Of a stretch of DNA of 20,000 nucleotides, positions 9,901-19,720 are shown one piece after another (positions within the stretch are counted from its first letter, which is position 1; every line of letters starts with the position of its first letter). The DNA is from Curvularia clavata (Eukaryota), in NCBI GenBank assembly GCA_023920165.1, contig CP089277.1, forward strand, positions 4,388,497 through 4,408,496, written 5' to 3'. Position numbers and translations under genes: made by a program. The notes below the pieces were generated by a model. It was not told the DNA's origin, ran no database searches, and was given only the letters and a program-made list of their open reading frames with translations.

Positions 9901-10906
9901 TGCTCTGCTTGTACAGAGGACTGAATTGATTCGGAAGAGGTTCGGTCAGCACAATCTTATGATCGTATGGGCGATGTTCGGGCAGTAGCTCTGCCGCTGT
10001 CTTGCTGAAGACATCGCGGTACGAATGGTAAGCGGATGGAAGTCGGTCCCGAACAAGTTTGGCGTTTTCGGGATCGTCTGGCTTCATGCGCTCTTCTAAG
10101 ATGCGATCGATCTCATAGATACTTGTCGTGAAGAACTCGTTTTCCTTACGCTTCATAGAATAATGGAAAGCATTTGCCGAAATGATGGCGATACGGGGTG
10201 AAGATGTTGGTCGGATAGGGTCCGGAGTAGGGTCGGGAACAGGTAGTGGTAGACGAACCTTGGGAAGTTTGAGGCATCCTCTAATTCTTCGCATGAGAGC
10301 TTTGCGAGGACTGTTTTGCCTACGGTAGTTGTCCTTTTCCCATAGTGCGTCTCGCCTCTGTATGTCCCGTTCCACATCAGCATCGATGGAAGGTTGTTTC
10401 AACTGTACAAGGATAGGTGGCGCGGGATCATATGTTGGAGGGTACTTGGCCGGCCATACGATCCGGTTCCGGCTCGTATCAAGCCTAAGCTGGAAACGTC
10501 TTAACCACTTGATTCCAATTATGCAGTCCTGTGTCCCTAGATCCATGATCACGAAGGGACAGTTGTAAATCTTTCTTCCATCGATTCGGATATGTAACCG
10601 AATATATTTGTCTACCCTAGTTTGGACTTGGTCCTGAAATCCTTTGACTGTGATCTTGAAGGGAAGTCTTCGGATGGGGACCTGAAGGGAGCCGGAGAGG
10701 GTACGAGCAATAGCAGAATTTAAGAATAAAAAGCCTTGGGCTCCAGTGTCAACTAAGGAGTGCAAGCTGACACCAAACCCTTTCGAACAAAGAACGGTGG
10801 GTACTAGGAAGTGTTTTCCTCCGAACAAGTGGGATAAATCAATTTTAGCTAGATCGTACTTGTTCATGCCTAGGGCGGAGAGTTTTCCTAGGCCTGGTGG
10901 TTTCCC
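6971..10906 (-). CDS. pol: Pol polyprotein of element B (protease, RT, RNase H, integrase, chromodomain)
   Basis: LVDTGAQG; YLDDILIYS; VETDASDG; HDQVSSAH...CIAC zinc motif; IVSDRGPQF and TDGQTE integrase core; KWEGPFRV; EEWEVEEILASK...YQVRWVGH chromodomain. Within track ORF 6971..10993; real entry is probably the frameshift at 10906-10900. Confidence 0.97.
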   Translation of the reverse strand, partial: GKPPGLGKLSALGMNKYDLAKIDLSHLFGGKHFLVPTVLCSKGFGVSLHSLVDTGAQGFLFLNSAIARTLSGSLQVPIRRLPFKITVKGFQDQVQTRVDKYIRLHIRIDGRKIYNCPFVIMDLGTQDCIIGIKWLRRFQLRLDTSRNRIVWPAKYPPTYDPAPPILVQLKQPSIDADVERDIQRRDALWEKDNYRRQNSPRKALMRRIRGCLKLPKVRLPLPVPDPTPDPIRPTSSPRIAIISANAFHYSMKRKENEFFTTSIYEIDRILEERMKPDDPENAKLVRDRLPSAYHSYRDVFSKTAAELLPEHRPYDHKIVLTEPLPNQFSPLYKQSTEELEATKTFVMENLRKGHIDPSHCPFASPVLCVRKPNGDIRICVDYRRLNAITRKDAYPIPRIDELLARTHKAKIFTKLDIRAAFNKIRMHPDSEEYTTFRTRYGTYKSKVLPFGLCNGPATYQRYMNDVLIDYLDSFCIVYLDDILIYSESEPDHPRHVQQVLERLRQAGLQVDIKKSEFHVTRTKYLGYILTNQGLEVDPDKVEALQDWVRPTTVTGVKSFLGFTGFYRQFVPEYSRIAKPLLALQSPSRPFVWDSECDQAFERLKSALLAIPTLYHYHPEYDTKVETDASDGVVAGVLSQKQPNGNWCPVAFFSKVLSGSELNWEIHDKELFAIVTAFSKWRPELLSVRSRVDVYSDHRSLEYFMTTKVLNARQVRWAEELASFNFHIRYTPGKDNARADILSRREQDVGNLKTAQIDNRSRVLLGPHRLDNRINSELAKTYVAQLQAESFSLLVVEPISEPMSLDSLELIESILQENRASFGAERRSLPDRYRIENGLLLYSNRLCIPSTSTLVTRLIREVHDQVSSAHPSAKKTYQLLSQKYHWKGMESTCKRYVRNCIACRKAHPRQTRIPGMIHPLPIPDRPMQHLCIDFKEFPRDRSGYDMIMVVIDRLSKQAISIPCHKTIDARGMADLFVQWVYRFGHTPETIVSDRGPQFISSFWSEFCRILGVKVKLSTAYHKETDGQTEIMNKYIDQRLRPFVSYYQDNWSGLLPLIDRAQISLPHSSIGMSPYHILYGSEPRQSWDWKHSTSLLTPTDKLNHKDALEMATRMHDAWKVAKEQMEKAQDRMRTTVNRHRRSVDWDVGDMVFLSTRNLASDRPSRKLSSKWEGPFRVLEKVGHSYRLDLPKRSRIHDVFAPDLLCKDPQDPLPGQEPPKPPATPIQGVEEWEVEEILASKLYRSNLKYQVRWVGHDPDPTWYPASNFMGAPHKLKLFHEQHPTKPGPPRSLGKWITAWEQGTEDMTSLQDDKI
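10868..10906 (-). promoter_or_regulatory. -1 ribosomal frameshift signal of element B
   Basis: G_GGA_AAC heptamer (10906-10900) in the gag frame, 6-nt spacer, then a 7-bp stem GCCTAGG/CCTAGGC (10893-10868); the -1 frame is the pol ORF. Confidence 0.85.
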
Positions 10907-12078
10907 GCCCGGTCCTCCTCCGATAAGTATTCGTGTGCTTCTTCGAATTCTTCCTTCTCTGCTTCGATTTCTCGAACCCGAGGAATGGGGCACTCATTCG
11001 CATAATGTCCAGGTTTTCCGCAGTTATAGCAATTGCTAGTAGTCGGTTTGCTATCCAGTGCGGGGGTCTTTGAAGGGAACCTGGGGGTATTAGAATGAGC
11101 GCGAGATTGGGTCGGAGCTGGTTCGGATCGGACTCCATAAGTGTTTGGGCGGTAGTCCCGGTATTGACTGACGCGGGGCTTCGTTGGTGGAGTACGAGAA
11201 TTATTGGAAGTGGGTTCCGAACCGTGTCCGAAAGGAGTGTTCCTTCTTTCGGTATCGAAGGCAGTAAGGTGTTGTATCATCTTGTCAAAGGAGTTGTTCC
11301 ACTGGTGTTTAAATCCCAAGTTTGGAACACGCAAGGCGGGGGTAATTTTTTCCCATAAGTAGAAAAACCACTCCGACTTCGATACGGATCCTTTGACGGC
11401 AGCACTTATAAATTTTGCCTTAAATTCAGCGAAGGTTTCCTTTTTGTCCATGAGCAAGCGGTGGAAAGCAGCGCGGCTTTCCGCTTGCTCGTTGCCGGAT
11501 ACGAAGTATGATTTTAGAGTAGCTATCATATCTTCGGCGTTTTGGAACCGGTCCTCCACCGAATCGGCTAGGTACTGTGGTTCCAGGTATCCCTTGGCGA
11601 TACCTGTAGTATGTCCCCAGACTAGAGCCATGCGTGCGCGTTCACTCCGATAATGGTCCGCGTTGATTGTTAAGCGGTCCTCTATTGACGCTTGCCATTG
11701 GCGGAACGTAGGTTCTGTTCCATCACTAAGGTTATCAATGGAAGGGGTACGTTCTGTGAGTTTGACACGTAGCAGGTCCGGGGTTGCTGACTGGTACCTT
11801 CCGAATTGAGTTTCGGTTGGTTCAGCGATAGTCGGTGGTGATTCGGTGGAGGGGAGAGGTTGATCTGGGGCTGCGGTGTTTTGGCGGGACAGCCGTGCGA
11901 TTTGTTCGTTTAGCCTGTCGATCTCTGCCCGAAGGAGGCTAGTCTCATCCTCTTCCGAATCCTCTTCCTCTTCGACGGCTGGCGGTTTGCCAGGCGTCTT
12001 CTCTCTTGACTTCGAATCTTGGAAGCGCGGCGACTTCCTGGAAAGCTCTCCTGAGCCGGATGGGGTTCGGTCAGCCAT
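10888..12078 (-). CDS. gag: Gag protein of element B, 396 aa
   Basis: CCHC knuckle CYNCGKPGHYANEC near the C-terminus; lies between the 5' LTR and an overlapping pol. Confidence 0.93.
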   Translation of the reverse strand: MADRTPSGSGELSRKSPRFQDSKSREKTPGKPPAVEEEEDSEEDETSLLRAEIDRLNEQIARLSRQNTAAPDQPLPSTESPPTIAEPTETQFGRYQSATPDLLRVKLTERTPSIDNLSDGTEPTFRQWQASIEDRLTINADHYRSERARMALVWGHTTGIAKGYLEPQYLADSVEDRFQNAEDMIATLKSYFVSGNEQAESRAAFHRLLMDKKETFAEFKAKFISAAVKGSVSKSEWFFYLWEKITPALRVPNLGFKHQWNNSFDKMIQHLTAFDTERRNTPFGHGSEPTSNNSRTPPTKPRVSQYRDYRPNTYGVRSEPAPTQSRAHSNTPRFPSKTPALDSKPTTSNCYNCGKPGHYANECPIPRVREIEAEKEEFEEAHEYLSEEDRAGNHQA

Positions 12079-12358
12079 CGACGGTTGTCTTCGTGGCTGA
12101 TGGGTTTTTGGTAGTCTCCGAGTCTCTACCTTGGCGCAATCTACGCGACTTCTCCGAAGTTAACCTGACTGCAATCAGTACAGGAGGTCCAAACCCAAAG
12201 GCTTCGGTCGGCGGGAGATCGAAGGGATCCCGCCTGTGTGTGAATGTGGGACGTAACGGTGTGAAGTATCCGGAGCGGTTCCGGAGGGACTTGGGCTTGG
12301 GCGCGGTCTCAACAAACAAGCTGCGATATTGTTTTGAAGGCCGTCACCGGCTGGGACG

Positions 12359-12371
12359 AGATTTTTGATAT
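12359..12371 (-). promoter_or_regulatory. Self-priming primer-binding site of element B
   Basis: ATATCAAAAATCT (minus) lies 2 nt inside the 5' LTR and is perfectly complementary over 13 nt to AGATTTTTGATAT (minus, 12514-12502), about 30 nt downstream of TATAAG (12548-12543). Confidence 0.85.
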
Positions 12372-12373
12372 AA

Positions 12374-12644
12374 TGTAACGGCGCGAGCAAGACTAGTCGA
12401 ATCGGTTCCGGTGGGAAGTGTCACTCAAATGCATATGGAAGTGCGTGGGACAGCAGAAACACCTTGGATTCGGTAGACACTCATAGGCCTGGTACGAAAG
12501 GATATCAAAAATCTACCGAACATCTATGGAAGGTACCTGGTACTTATACCTGGGTGCGGGTCTTCATCGGGTCTGACCCGGCTCTCAATCGGATCTTGAT
12601 AAGCTGCCCTGGCTGGGGTATGTTTTGGTCTATGCATGGTTACA
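12374..12644 (-). repeat. 5' LTR of element B
   Basis: Direct repeat of 5449-5719, followed by TSD GTTTT. Confidence 0.97.
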
Positions 12645-12805
12645 GTTTTGTGCACTAGGGCAACGTCGTACGACTAGATTCGTGTCGGCAGAGCAACCAA
12701 AATAAGTAGAAATGTAAACAGCGATCTATTTACTGCTACGTAGCAGCAATATATAAGAGGCTTAGTGGATAGACGTAAATATATTAATGCTGGTCAGAAT
12801 AAGCT

Positions 12806-13113
12806 AAAGGCCCCTTTTTGGACTCAGTCAAAACCTATCAAACCTAGCCAAAGACACCTTTTTGGACTCAGTCAAACCAGTCAAACCAGTTAAATCAGTC
12901 AAAGTCAGTCAAAAGCCCCTTTTTGGACTCAGTCAAACCAGTCAAACCAGTTAAATCAGTCAAAGTCAGTCAAAAGCCCCTTTTTGGACTCAGTCAAACC
13001 AGTCAAACCAGCCAAACCAGCCAAACCAGTCAAACCAGTTAAACCAGTCAAACCAGTTAAACCAGTCAAACCAGTCAAACCAGTCAAAGGCCCCTTCTGA
13101 TGGACTTAGTGAA
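12806..13113 (+). repeat. Compound minisatellite upstream of the helicase (helicase-associated-repeat-like)
   Basis: 9-bp CAGTCAAAC units nested in larger units headed by CCCCTTTTTGGACTCAGTC or variants, starting at 12811, 12855, 12916, 12977 and (degenerate) 13091; 61-bp period in the middle. Confidence 0.9.
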
Positions 13114-13465
13114 AATAAGCGTTTAAGGTGAGAGAAAGTGAGAGACGTTTAGCTGCTCATATCACGTCAAAATGAGCGTTTGAAATGGGAAAAGCTGGCC
13201 TGTAATATATGTATTAAATCTCTAAGGATAATGTAATATTCTAAATCTGATAGTTCTATATATTTCAAAACATTCTCCAAATTCCCATCAATCAAGCCTG
13301 CCGACCTACTCTCAAAACTCGACTTGAGAGCTTCGCTTCAATCCACGACTGCGACAAAAAAAAAGCGACTGGCAAAAAAAGAAAGTCTGGCCAAGCGCTA
13401 TCTGTAATCCCTTACCCCCCTACTCTTAGACTGGCTACTAACTTCTACTTAGACACGATTCTACC

Positions 13466-14111
13466 ATGGCTACTTCTGATCGTGGCTATCTCCTTCTAAG
13501 CTGGTTCAATCATAAAGAGCGTCGGGACTACTATTACAAGGCGTACAGCTCAACTCCAGACGCTCTTGACATTGTCATTCACGCTGCTGTAGTAAGTTGC
13601 TCTCCTATACCAAAAAGAATAGTATACTAACAGTTCTCTAGTTCCAAGAGGCTATCCACCGACTTCCAGACATTCCCGCCATCAATCTAGTAGAGAATGG
13701 TGGTGATACTGAGATAGCTGGAGATGTCTACAAAATCCATCTGAAGAAGGCTATTTCCTTTCCAGCTGCTTTCCAGCTTAATGGCTATGTCGACTTTCTT
13801 GAATATCTATCTTCTTTACATTTCCTCTCTTAAAAAGTCAAAATTAATCTCAAGTTAGGTCGCCTAGGGACGTACAGAATGGCTGTACTAAGACTTCGCC
13901 AACTACCTATCTCAAGTACTGTCGGATCTAGATTGATGATGAGGGTTGCTGTCAGGAGGGAGATTGTCTTGCGCACTATCTTGATTCTCAGCTGTTCTTT
14001 CTTCTAAGTCCGCCATGGCTAGTACTTCCACATATGGTTCCTGAGGTGGCTCAAGAGTTTCTAGGCTAGAAACTCAATGACTAGCTAAGGCGGATGCAAG
14101 AGGGGGAATAA
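13466..14111 (+). pseudogene. Small spliced gene of unknown function, probably RIP-damaged
   Basis: ACCATGG start; exon 13466-13591 (MATSDRGYLLLSWFNHKERRD...); intron 13592-13641 (GTAAGT, TACTAAC, TAG); exon 2 in frame (FQEAIHRLPDIPAINLVENGG...). A downstream coding-like frame with TAG stops ends at TAA 14109-14111; the second junction is uncertain. Confidence 0.6.
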
Positions 14112-14770
14112 GGGGTTACTAATGTACAACAGTTTCTAAAAGGAGTTAAAGGACTTGCTTTTTACTTACTTTTTTACTTACTTATCTTAAGGTTTTTCTA
14201 ATCAAGAGTTGGTTTTTGGATTACTGTGATAAAAGACTGTGATAATTAATAGTAGGGAAAATCGTATTAATTGTTCTGTCTTCTAGCAGCACGTAGGCGC
14301 GCTGCCTTATAAGCGCTATCGCTATTACTTTTTATATTAGGTAGATGGCTGAGTATTAATCTCGCCTAGAAGTAGGTCTTGGCGCTTAGAATCCGGGTAT
14401 GATCGAGCACCTGGATTCTGTAGCGTACTCAACAGCGCGACCCCCTACTAGGGATGTTAGTGTTAGGGCAACTGTTGCTCTCTCCCGACTCTCCCCACCA
14501 CATTACTTTCTCCTCAATAGCAGTGCAATAGGATCTAACAACGACGCCAGATGGGGGTATTGTAGAAAGTTTTCTAGCTACCCCCCAGGTATCTTTCTTC
14601 TACTAGTCGTTGTGTGAGATTTAGATAAGAGCTTGACCCCAGCAACGCTGTTGCTAAGAGAACCGGGGTAACGTCGGACAACTAACCGAAACAAACAGAA
14701 ATGTAAATAGCCAACAATTCACTACTACGCAGCACCCACAACGTTGCTTATACTGTGATTACTGACTACT

Positions 14771-17700
14771 ATGGATCTATTTAGAGAGATTTTTGTATAT
14801 TTGCCTACACATTGCATAGCGATATGCAAGAGCCATAAGCAAGGCGTCGTAAAGTCGCAGCTGCGCACCCACTTAGACACTAAGCACCAGGAGCTGGCCC
14901 CCCATACACGGCGCAGCATGGTGCAAGCCACTAGCCAGGAGCCATGGCTGCGCAACTGGGCCGAGAGTGCAGACCAGGTCATGTTTCCACGTCCAGATGC
15001 TGCGCCGCTGCCCCATATGCCCGTGTACACAGACGGCTTGAAGTGCTGGGAGTGTGGATATATTTGCCGGCACGTGAAGAAGATGCAGGAGCATGGCCGG
15101 AACCACCACAACTGGACTGGCAGCAACACACGCAGAGTCGGCCGTCCAGCAGCTATACAGCAGAGGTGGACAGACAGCGTCATATGCCAGAAGTTTCAGA
15201 ACACCGGTACGCTGGGCCGGCTGTTTGAAGTCCAGAGCGCTGCACCCGCTGAGCCAGCAGATAGCGATGACGGGGAGACACAGCTAAGACGCGCATTTAC
15301 TACTGCCATTACACAGATCGACCAAGTGATAGAGAGCAAAAAGGCTAGTAATGTCGTTGAAGAAGACGGCAGCCGGTGGGGATTCGAGGACTGGCTGGAA
15401 CGAGCTGGCTGGGTACGGCACTTGAAGGGGCTGGACCGGCTGTGGCTGCTGGACATGGCACTAACACCCAGTTACCACGAACGGGCACTGCAGGACGTGT
15501 GCTGGGCAGCCGAGATGGTGATTTGGAGGGCGCAGCAGGTGTCTCACTCGAGCGTAGTAGGCATGCCCGCCATTATGCATATCAACCGGCGCGAGTATGG
15601 GACAAAGACGAATGAGAAGCCATTCAACGCGAGCCAGATGGAGACAACTATGAAAAAATACCGCAGCGTGTGGCTCCAGATTATAGTATATATCTGGCGC
15701 ATGTACGAGCTGCCTGTAGTCTAGCTAGATTCCAGCAATGAAGTGCAGGGCAGACGCCCACCATACCGCTTGACAAGCGAGCAGAAGGCATGTTTGGAGG
15801 AGCTGAAGGATTTGACTGGGTATAACCCAGAAGAGGAGGCAGCTAGCACAGCGCGGAGCATAGAGCCAGGGGGCAGCTATGGGGAGGACAGTGACAGCGA
15901 GGACGAGCAGCTGGATGCAAAATACGGCGAGGCGTTGCAGGACCAAGTGCTTGCGTTCATGCTTGCGCTGCTAGATTACAAGCTACCCAGTATTGAGTTT
16001 GAGAGTGGCTTTATAAGCGGCATGGCGGTGCTAGGAGTAAGCGCAGACAGAGGATGGCTAGATGCGCCCATGTATACGCCCAAGCAGTCTGCCGTTGTCG
16101 CTATATCGCGCATGCTTGTATTATACCAAGCACACAAGGAGCGGACAGCGAAGATTGATAAGCTAGTGGCTAGTGGGTACAGCAAGGAGGCAGCTAGTAG
16201 GATCGCACCGACGCATCTCGAGCTGGTGCAGGACATGGGCTACAGATTTATGGTGCTAGCCGAGTTCAACGGGCAGCCCACGCCCATGGATGCTGTTTTA
16301 CGGCTACGAGCATTTGGCTTTACGGCCTAGTTTAACACCAATGCTGAGGGCGTGATAGACTGGGTGGGCGACACGTTGTTGTATGGGCAGATCCAGTTCA
16401 GCATGGCGCAGCTACGGACGATGGTGCACGGCATGATTGCCAGCACGCGACAGGACATGCTGAAACAGCTGCTACTGCTAGAGCTGGACAGTGAGGGCGA
16501 GGTGGTGCCTGGGACGACGCCGTGTCCCGCTATTTACTGGGACAAGCTAGTAGACAATGCCGCGCAACGGCAGGCTGGATGGAGTTTTATGGAAGACGCG
16601 CGCAACCACCAGGCTACTAGTGCACAAGACCCCAAGCGCTGGCTAGTAGGGCGCGTTCAGCAAGAGAAGAGACTGCGACATGAGTTTGCTGATGCTGCGG
16701 CGTCGCGTGTGGCTATGGCGGGGGGTGGTGGGCTAGTGTGGGTGAAGGAGCGCATCCGGGCATACTACAAAGCCATGCAACAAGCCCGCCACGCACTTGC
16801 AGTACTTGTGCATATAATAGGAGGTGCGCCACCGCGTGGTAGTGAGTTACTAACTATCCGTTTTAAAAATGATGGGCAGGGGCACAGTCGCGGAATTTTT
16901 ATCGAAGATGGTGCAGTAGTTTTTGTTACCACTTACCACAAAAATATTGCCCAGAATAGACGCGGTAAAGTGATCCACCGCTATGTCCCGCGCGAGGTAG
17001 GGGAACTAGTCGTATTTTACTTGTGGTTTTGCCGTCCATTTTGGCAGCGGTTAGTGGTGGCAGCGTGGGGGGAGGCGGAAGAGGAGAGTGGGTATATGTG
17101 GGAGCCACAGCCCGAGCGGCGCTGGCAAGAACCCACCTGCGGGCGAAAGCGCAGTGCAGACCTACAGGGCACAAGAAGAGTAGGAAAAGCGAGCTGGGTG
17201 AGGACTGTGGTGCGGCGGGAGGCGTTAGACGAGGAGAGTGAAGGAGAGAGTAGAGAGGAGGGAGAGAAGCGACGGGAAGAGAAGGAAGAGAGAGAAGAGA
17301 GTCGGGTACTGGCTGACAAGCCGCCCACGGTAGAGCAATGGAACTCCAACCGACTTAAGCTGAGGATATAAAAGGCATCGCTACAATATATGGGGATTAA
17401 GCTAAATGTAATTGGGTGGCGGCATGCATCTAAGGCGATTTGGCGCCGATATATTCAGAACCCCAAGGCACGTAAGGCGTACTTGAATGCAGATGAGGAC
17501 GATGCGGAGGAGGAGGAAGACGAGGCGTTCGACTTACAGACCGGGCATGGTAGTAGAGTGGCTGGCGCAATTTACGGGCGGTCGCTGAATGAGGCGGCGT
17601 TTAGTGTGGAATCTAAGCGGTTTATGTTCCGAGTATCGAGCAGCGAGTGGCACAGGTTTTTGGAGCTCCCGTCTGTGCAGGAGAAGAAGCTACAGCTACT

Positions 17701-19645
17701 GCAACGGAGCCCGCTGGCTGTCAAGGCGCGCAGGGAGGCGTTGGAGGAGGAGTACCGGCGGTGGAAGATGATGCGGCTGGTGGACGTGGACAGTGAGCTG
17801 CAGCGGCTACTAGGATGCAACGCGCAGTTTCGCAGTGTACAGAGGCCGGCGATGCAGGCGATTATGCGGTATGAGAGTCCCGTTGTGGCCATTATGGGGA
17901 CGGGGGCTGGCAAGAGCGTGTTGTTTATGCTGCCAGCGTCTGTGTCAACGGGGGTTACGGTTGTAGTAGTACCGTTGGTGGCACTGCGGTTTGACATGAA
18001 GACACGGTGTGACGAGCTGGGGATTGTTAGTGGGGAGTGGGATAGCCGGCGTCCGTATAGGAGTGTGTAGATTATGTTTGTGACGCCAGAAGCGGCGGTG
18101 GGAGAGGCGTTTGGGCATTATATTAACCGAGAGCGGTCGATAGGGCGGCTAGATCGGATTGTGATTGACGAATGTCACTCGATACTGGACTCGCTTAAGG
18201 GATTCCGTAGCCGGCTGCTAGGACTGCGACAGCTGCTTTGGGTGGAGACGCAGATGGTGTATTTGACGGCGACGCTGAGGCCGAAGGAAGAGAAGCAGTT
18301 TTTGGATGTGATGGGGCTGCCGGAGAAGAGGAAGTGTTAGTGGTTCCGGGGGCGGATAACGCGTAAGAATATCCGGTATGCAGTACACGAGTATAATATA
18401 GAAGAAGAGGAGAAGACAGTAGTGGGATTAGTAGAGAAGCTAAAGAAGAGATACCCGCTACCAGGGCAGGTGATTGTGTACTATGGGACGATCGCACGGA
18501 CAAAACAGATAGGCAAGGTGCTAGAGGCGGCTTGTTACTACTGGGCGGTAGGGACAGTAGAGGAGAAGAAGAAGATTGTGCGGGAGTTGACGAGTGGGCA
18601 GCAGCAGGTATTTGCGGCAACCAATGCGTTGGGACTGGGGGTAGACGCACCAAGGATCCGGGCGGTGGTATATGTAGGAGGGGTGCAGCAGATGCGGCAG
18701 TACGCGCAGGAGAGTGGACGGGCTGGACGAGATAGGGAGAAGAGCGAGGCGATTATTATGCGGGGATATTAGATAAGGGGGAGAAAGAAAGCGTTTGTAA
18801 GAGCAGAAGGGGGAGAGGTAGAAGAGGATATACAGTTGTTTGTAGAAGGCAAGGGGTGTATGCGAGCAGTACTTGACTGGGCTATGGATGGAGTGGAGCG
18901 GGGGATGTGTGAGGAGGATGAGGTAGCATGTCAGCGGTGCGGGTGGGAGAGTAGTGATGAAGAGGAAGAGGGAGAAGAGGGAGAAAAGAGAGAGGACGAA
19001 GACGGAGATGAGGAAGAGAGAGAAGAGATGGGATTGCGGTTGGCGTTTGAGCAGCAGAGACGGCAGCGGCAGTGGGTAGGGATGGTAGAAGCGGAGCGGC
19101 AGTGTCGAGATGCGATGGAGGTAGAGGAGCTGGTCGGGGTAATAGAGAAGTGGCGGGAGGGCTGTCAGTGGTGTGTAGCGAGTGGAAGAGATGGGCGAGG
19201 GCACGTATGGGAGGAGTGTGAGGACGAAGGGGGTCAGGAGGGGCTAAAGGGACTCAAGATGCTGCAGGACAACTGGCAGATTGTGCCGTATTCGTGCTGC
19301 TACGGGTGCTGGCTGCCGCAGGCGGTGTGTGAGAGCTTTGGGTTTGACATGCAGAAGGGGGGATATCGAAAGCAGAGAGAGGTAGGGTGTTAGTATAATG
19401 GGGTACTAGACAAGGTATTTATTATTGGGTTGATAAAGGCAGGGTTGGCGGTACATAAGGTGATGGAGTAGGCGATTAAGGAGGATGGGGGGCTAGGGTT
19501 TCGGGTAGACGAAGAGGAGGTTGGGGGCGTGTTGAAGGGGTGGGCGCGGTGGGGGAGTGAGAAGAAGCGGTGGGGAGGGATTGAAGGGAACAAGTTAAGC
19601 TGGGTTATTCAGCGGGTAGACGAGTATATTTATATAGAAGAGTAG
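14771..19645 (+). pseudogene. Telomere-linked RecQ-like helicase (TLH-type): DUF3505-like zinc N-terminus, tyrosine-recombinase-like middle, RecQ helicase and Cys-rich C-terminus; 1624 codons with 8 in-frame stops
   Basis: Seven track ORFs share one frame with no indels; stops at 15722, 16328, 17369, 18068, 18338, 18770, 19391, 19469. Helicase motifs MGTGAGKS, VVVPLVAL, IVIDECH (DECH 18167-18178), LTATL, ATNALGLGVD, QESGRAGRD and an RQC-like CMR...C...CQRC; oriented toward the telomere array. Confidence 0.92.
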
Positions 19646-19720
19646 CAAGGGAATGATTTAAAATAGAAAGAAAAGACTATAACGCTACTAAGCGCAATTG
19701 ATAACTAAAGTTTAGTAATT

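Larger units (their letters stand above)
5449..12644 (-). mobile_element. Complete Ty3/gypsy chromovirus-type LTR retrotransposon B (7196 bp)
   Basis: Two 271-bp LTRs identical by eye, 5-bp TSD GTTTT (5444-5448 and 12645-12649), PBS, PPT, uninterrupted gag and pol (PR-RT-RH-IN-chromodomain). Confidence 0.98.

Noticed and set aside
6978..12390. Short ORFs overlapping gag/pol and the leader of element B
   Set aside because: Shadow frames of the long intact ORFs or non-coding leader.
12806..13113. CRISPR-like array (repeated CCCCTTTTTGGACTCAGTC heads)
   Set aside because: The intervening sequences are themselves repeats rather than unique spacers; eukaryotic context and no cas genes.
14771..19393. 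Seven separate genes as listed in the ORF track
   Set aside because: All are in one frame, separated by single stop codons, and helicase motifs run across the breaks.
14725..19593. Minus-strand and alternate-frame ORFs over the helicase (e.g. 18521..19204)
   Set aside because: Low-complexity Leu/Pro/Ser products arising from the purine-rich plus strand.
14771..19645. Stop-codon readthrough or alternative genetic code explaining the in-frame TAGs
   Set aside because: One stop is TAA, both gag genes end in TAG, and accompanying missense changes and TpA-rich flanks fit RIP.
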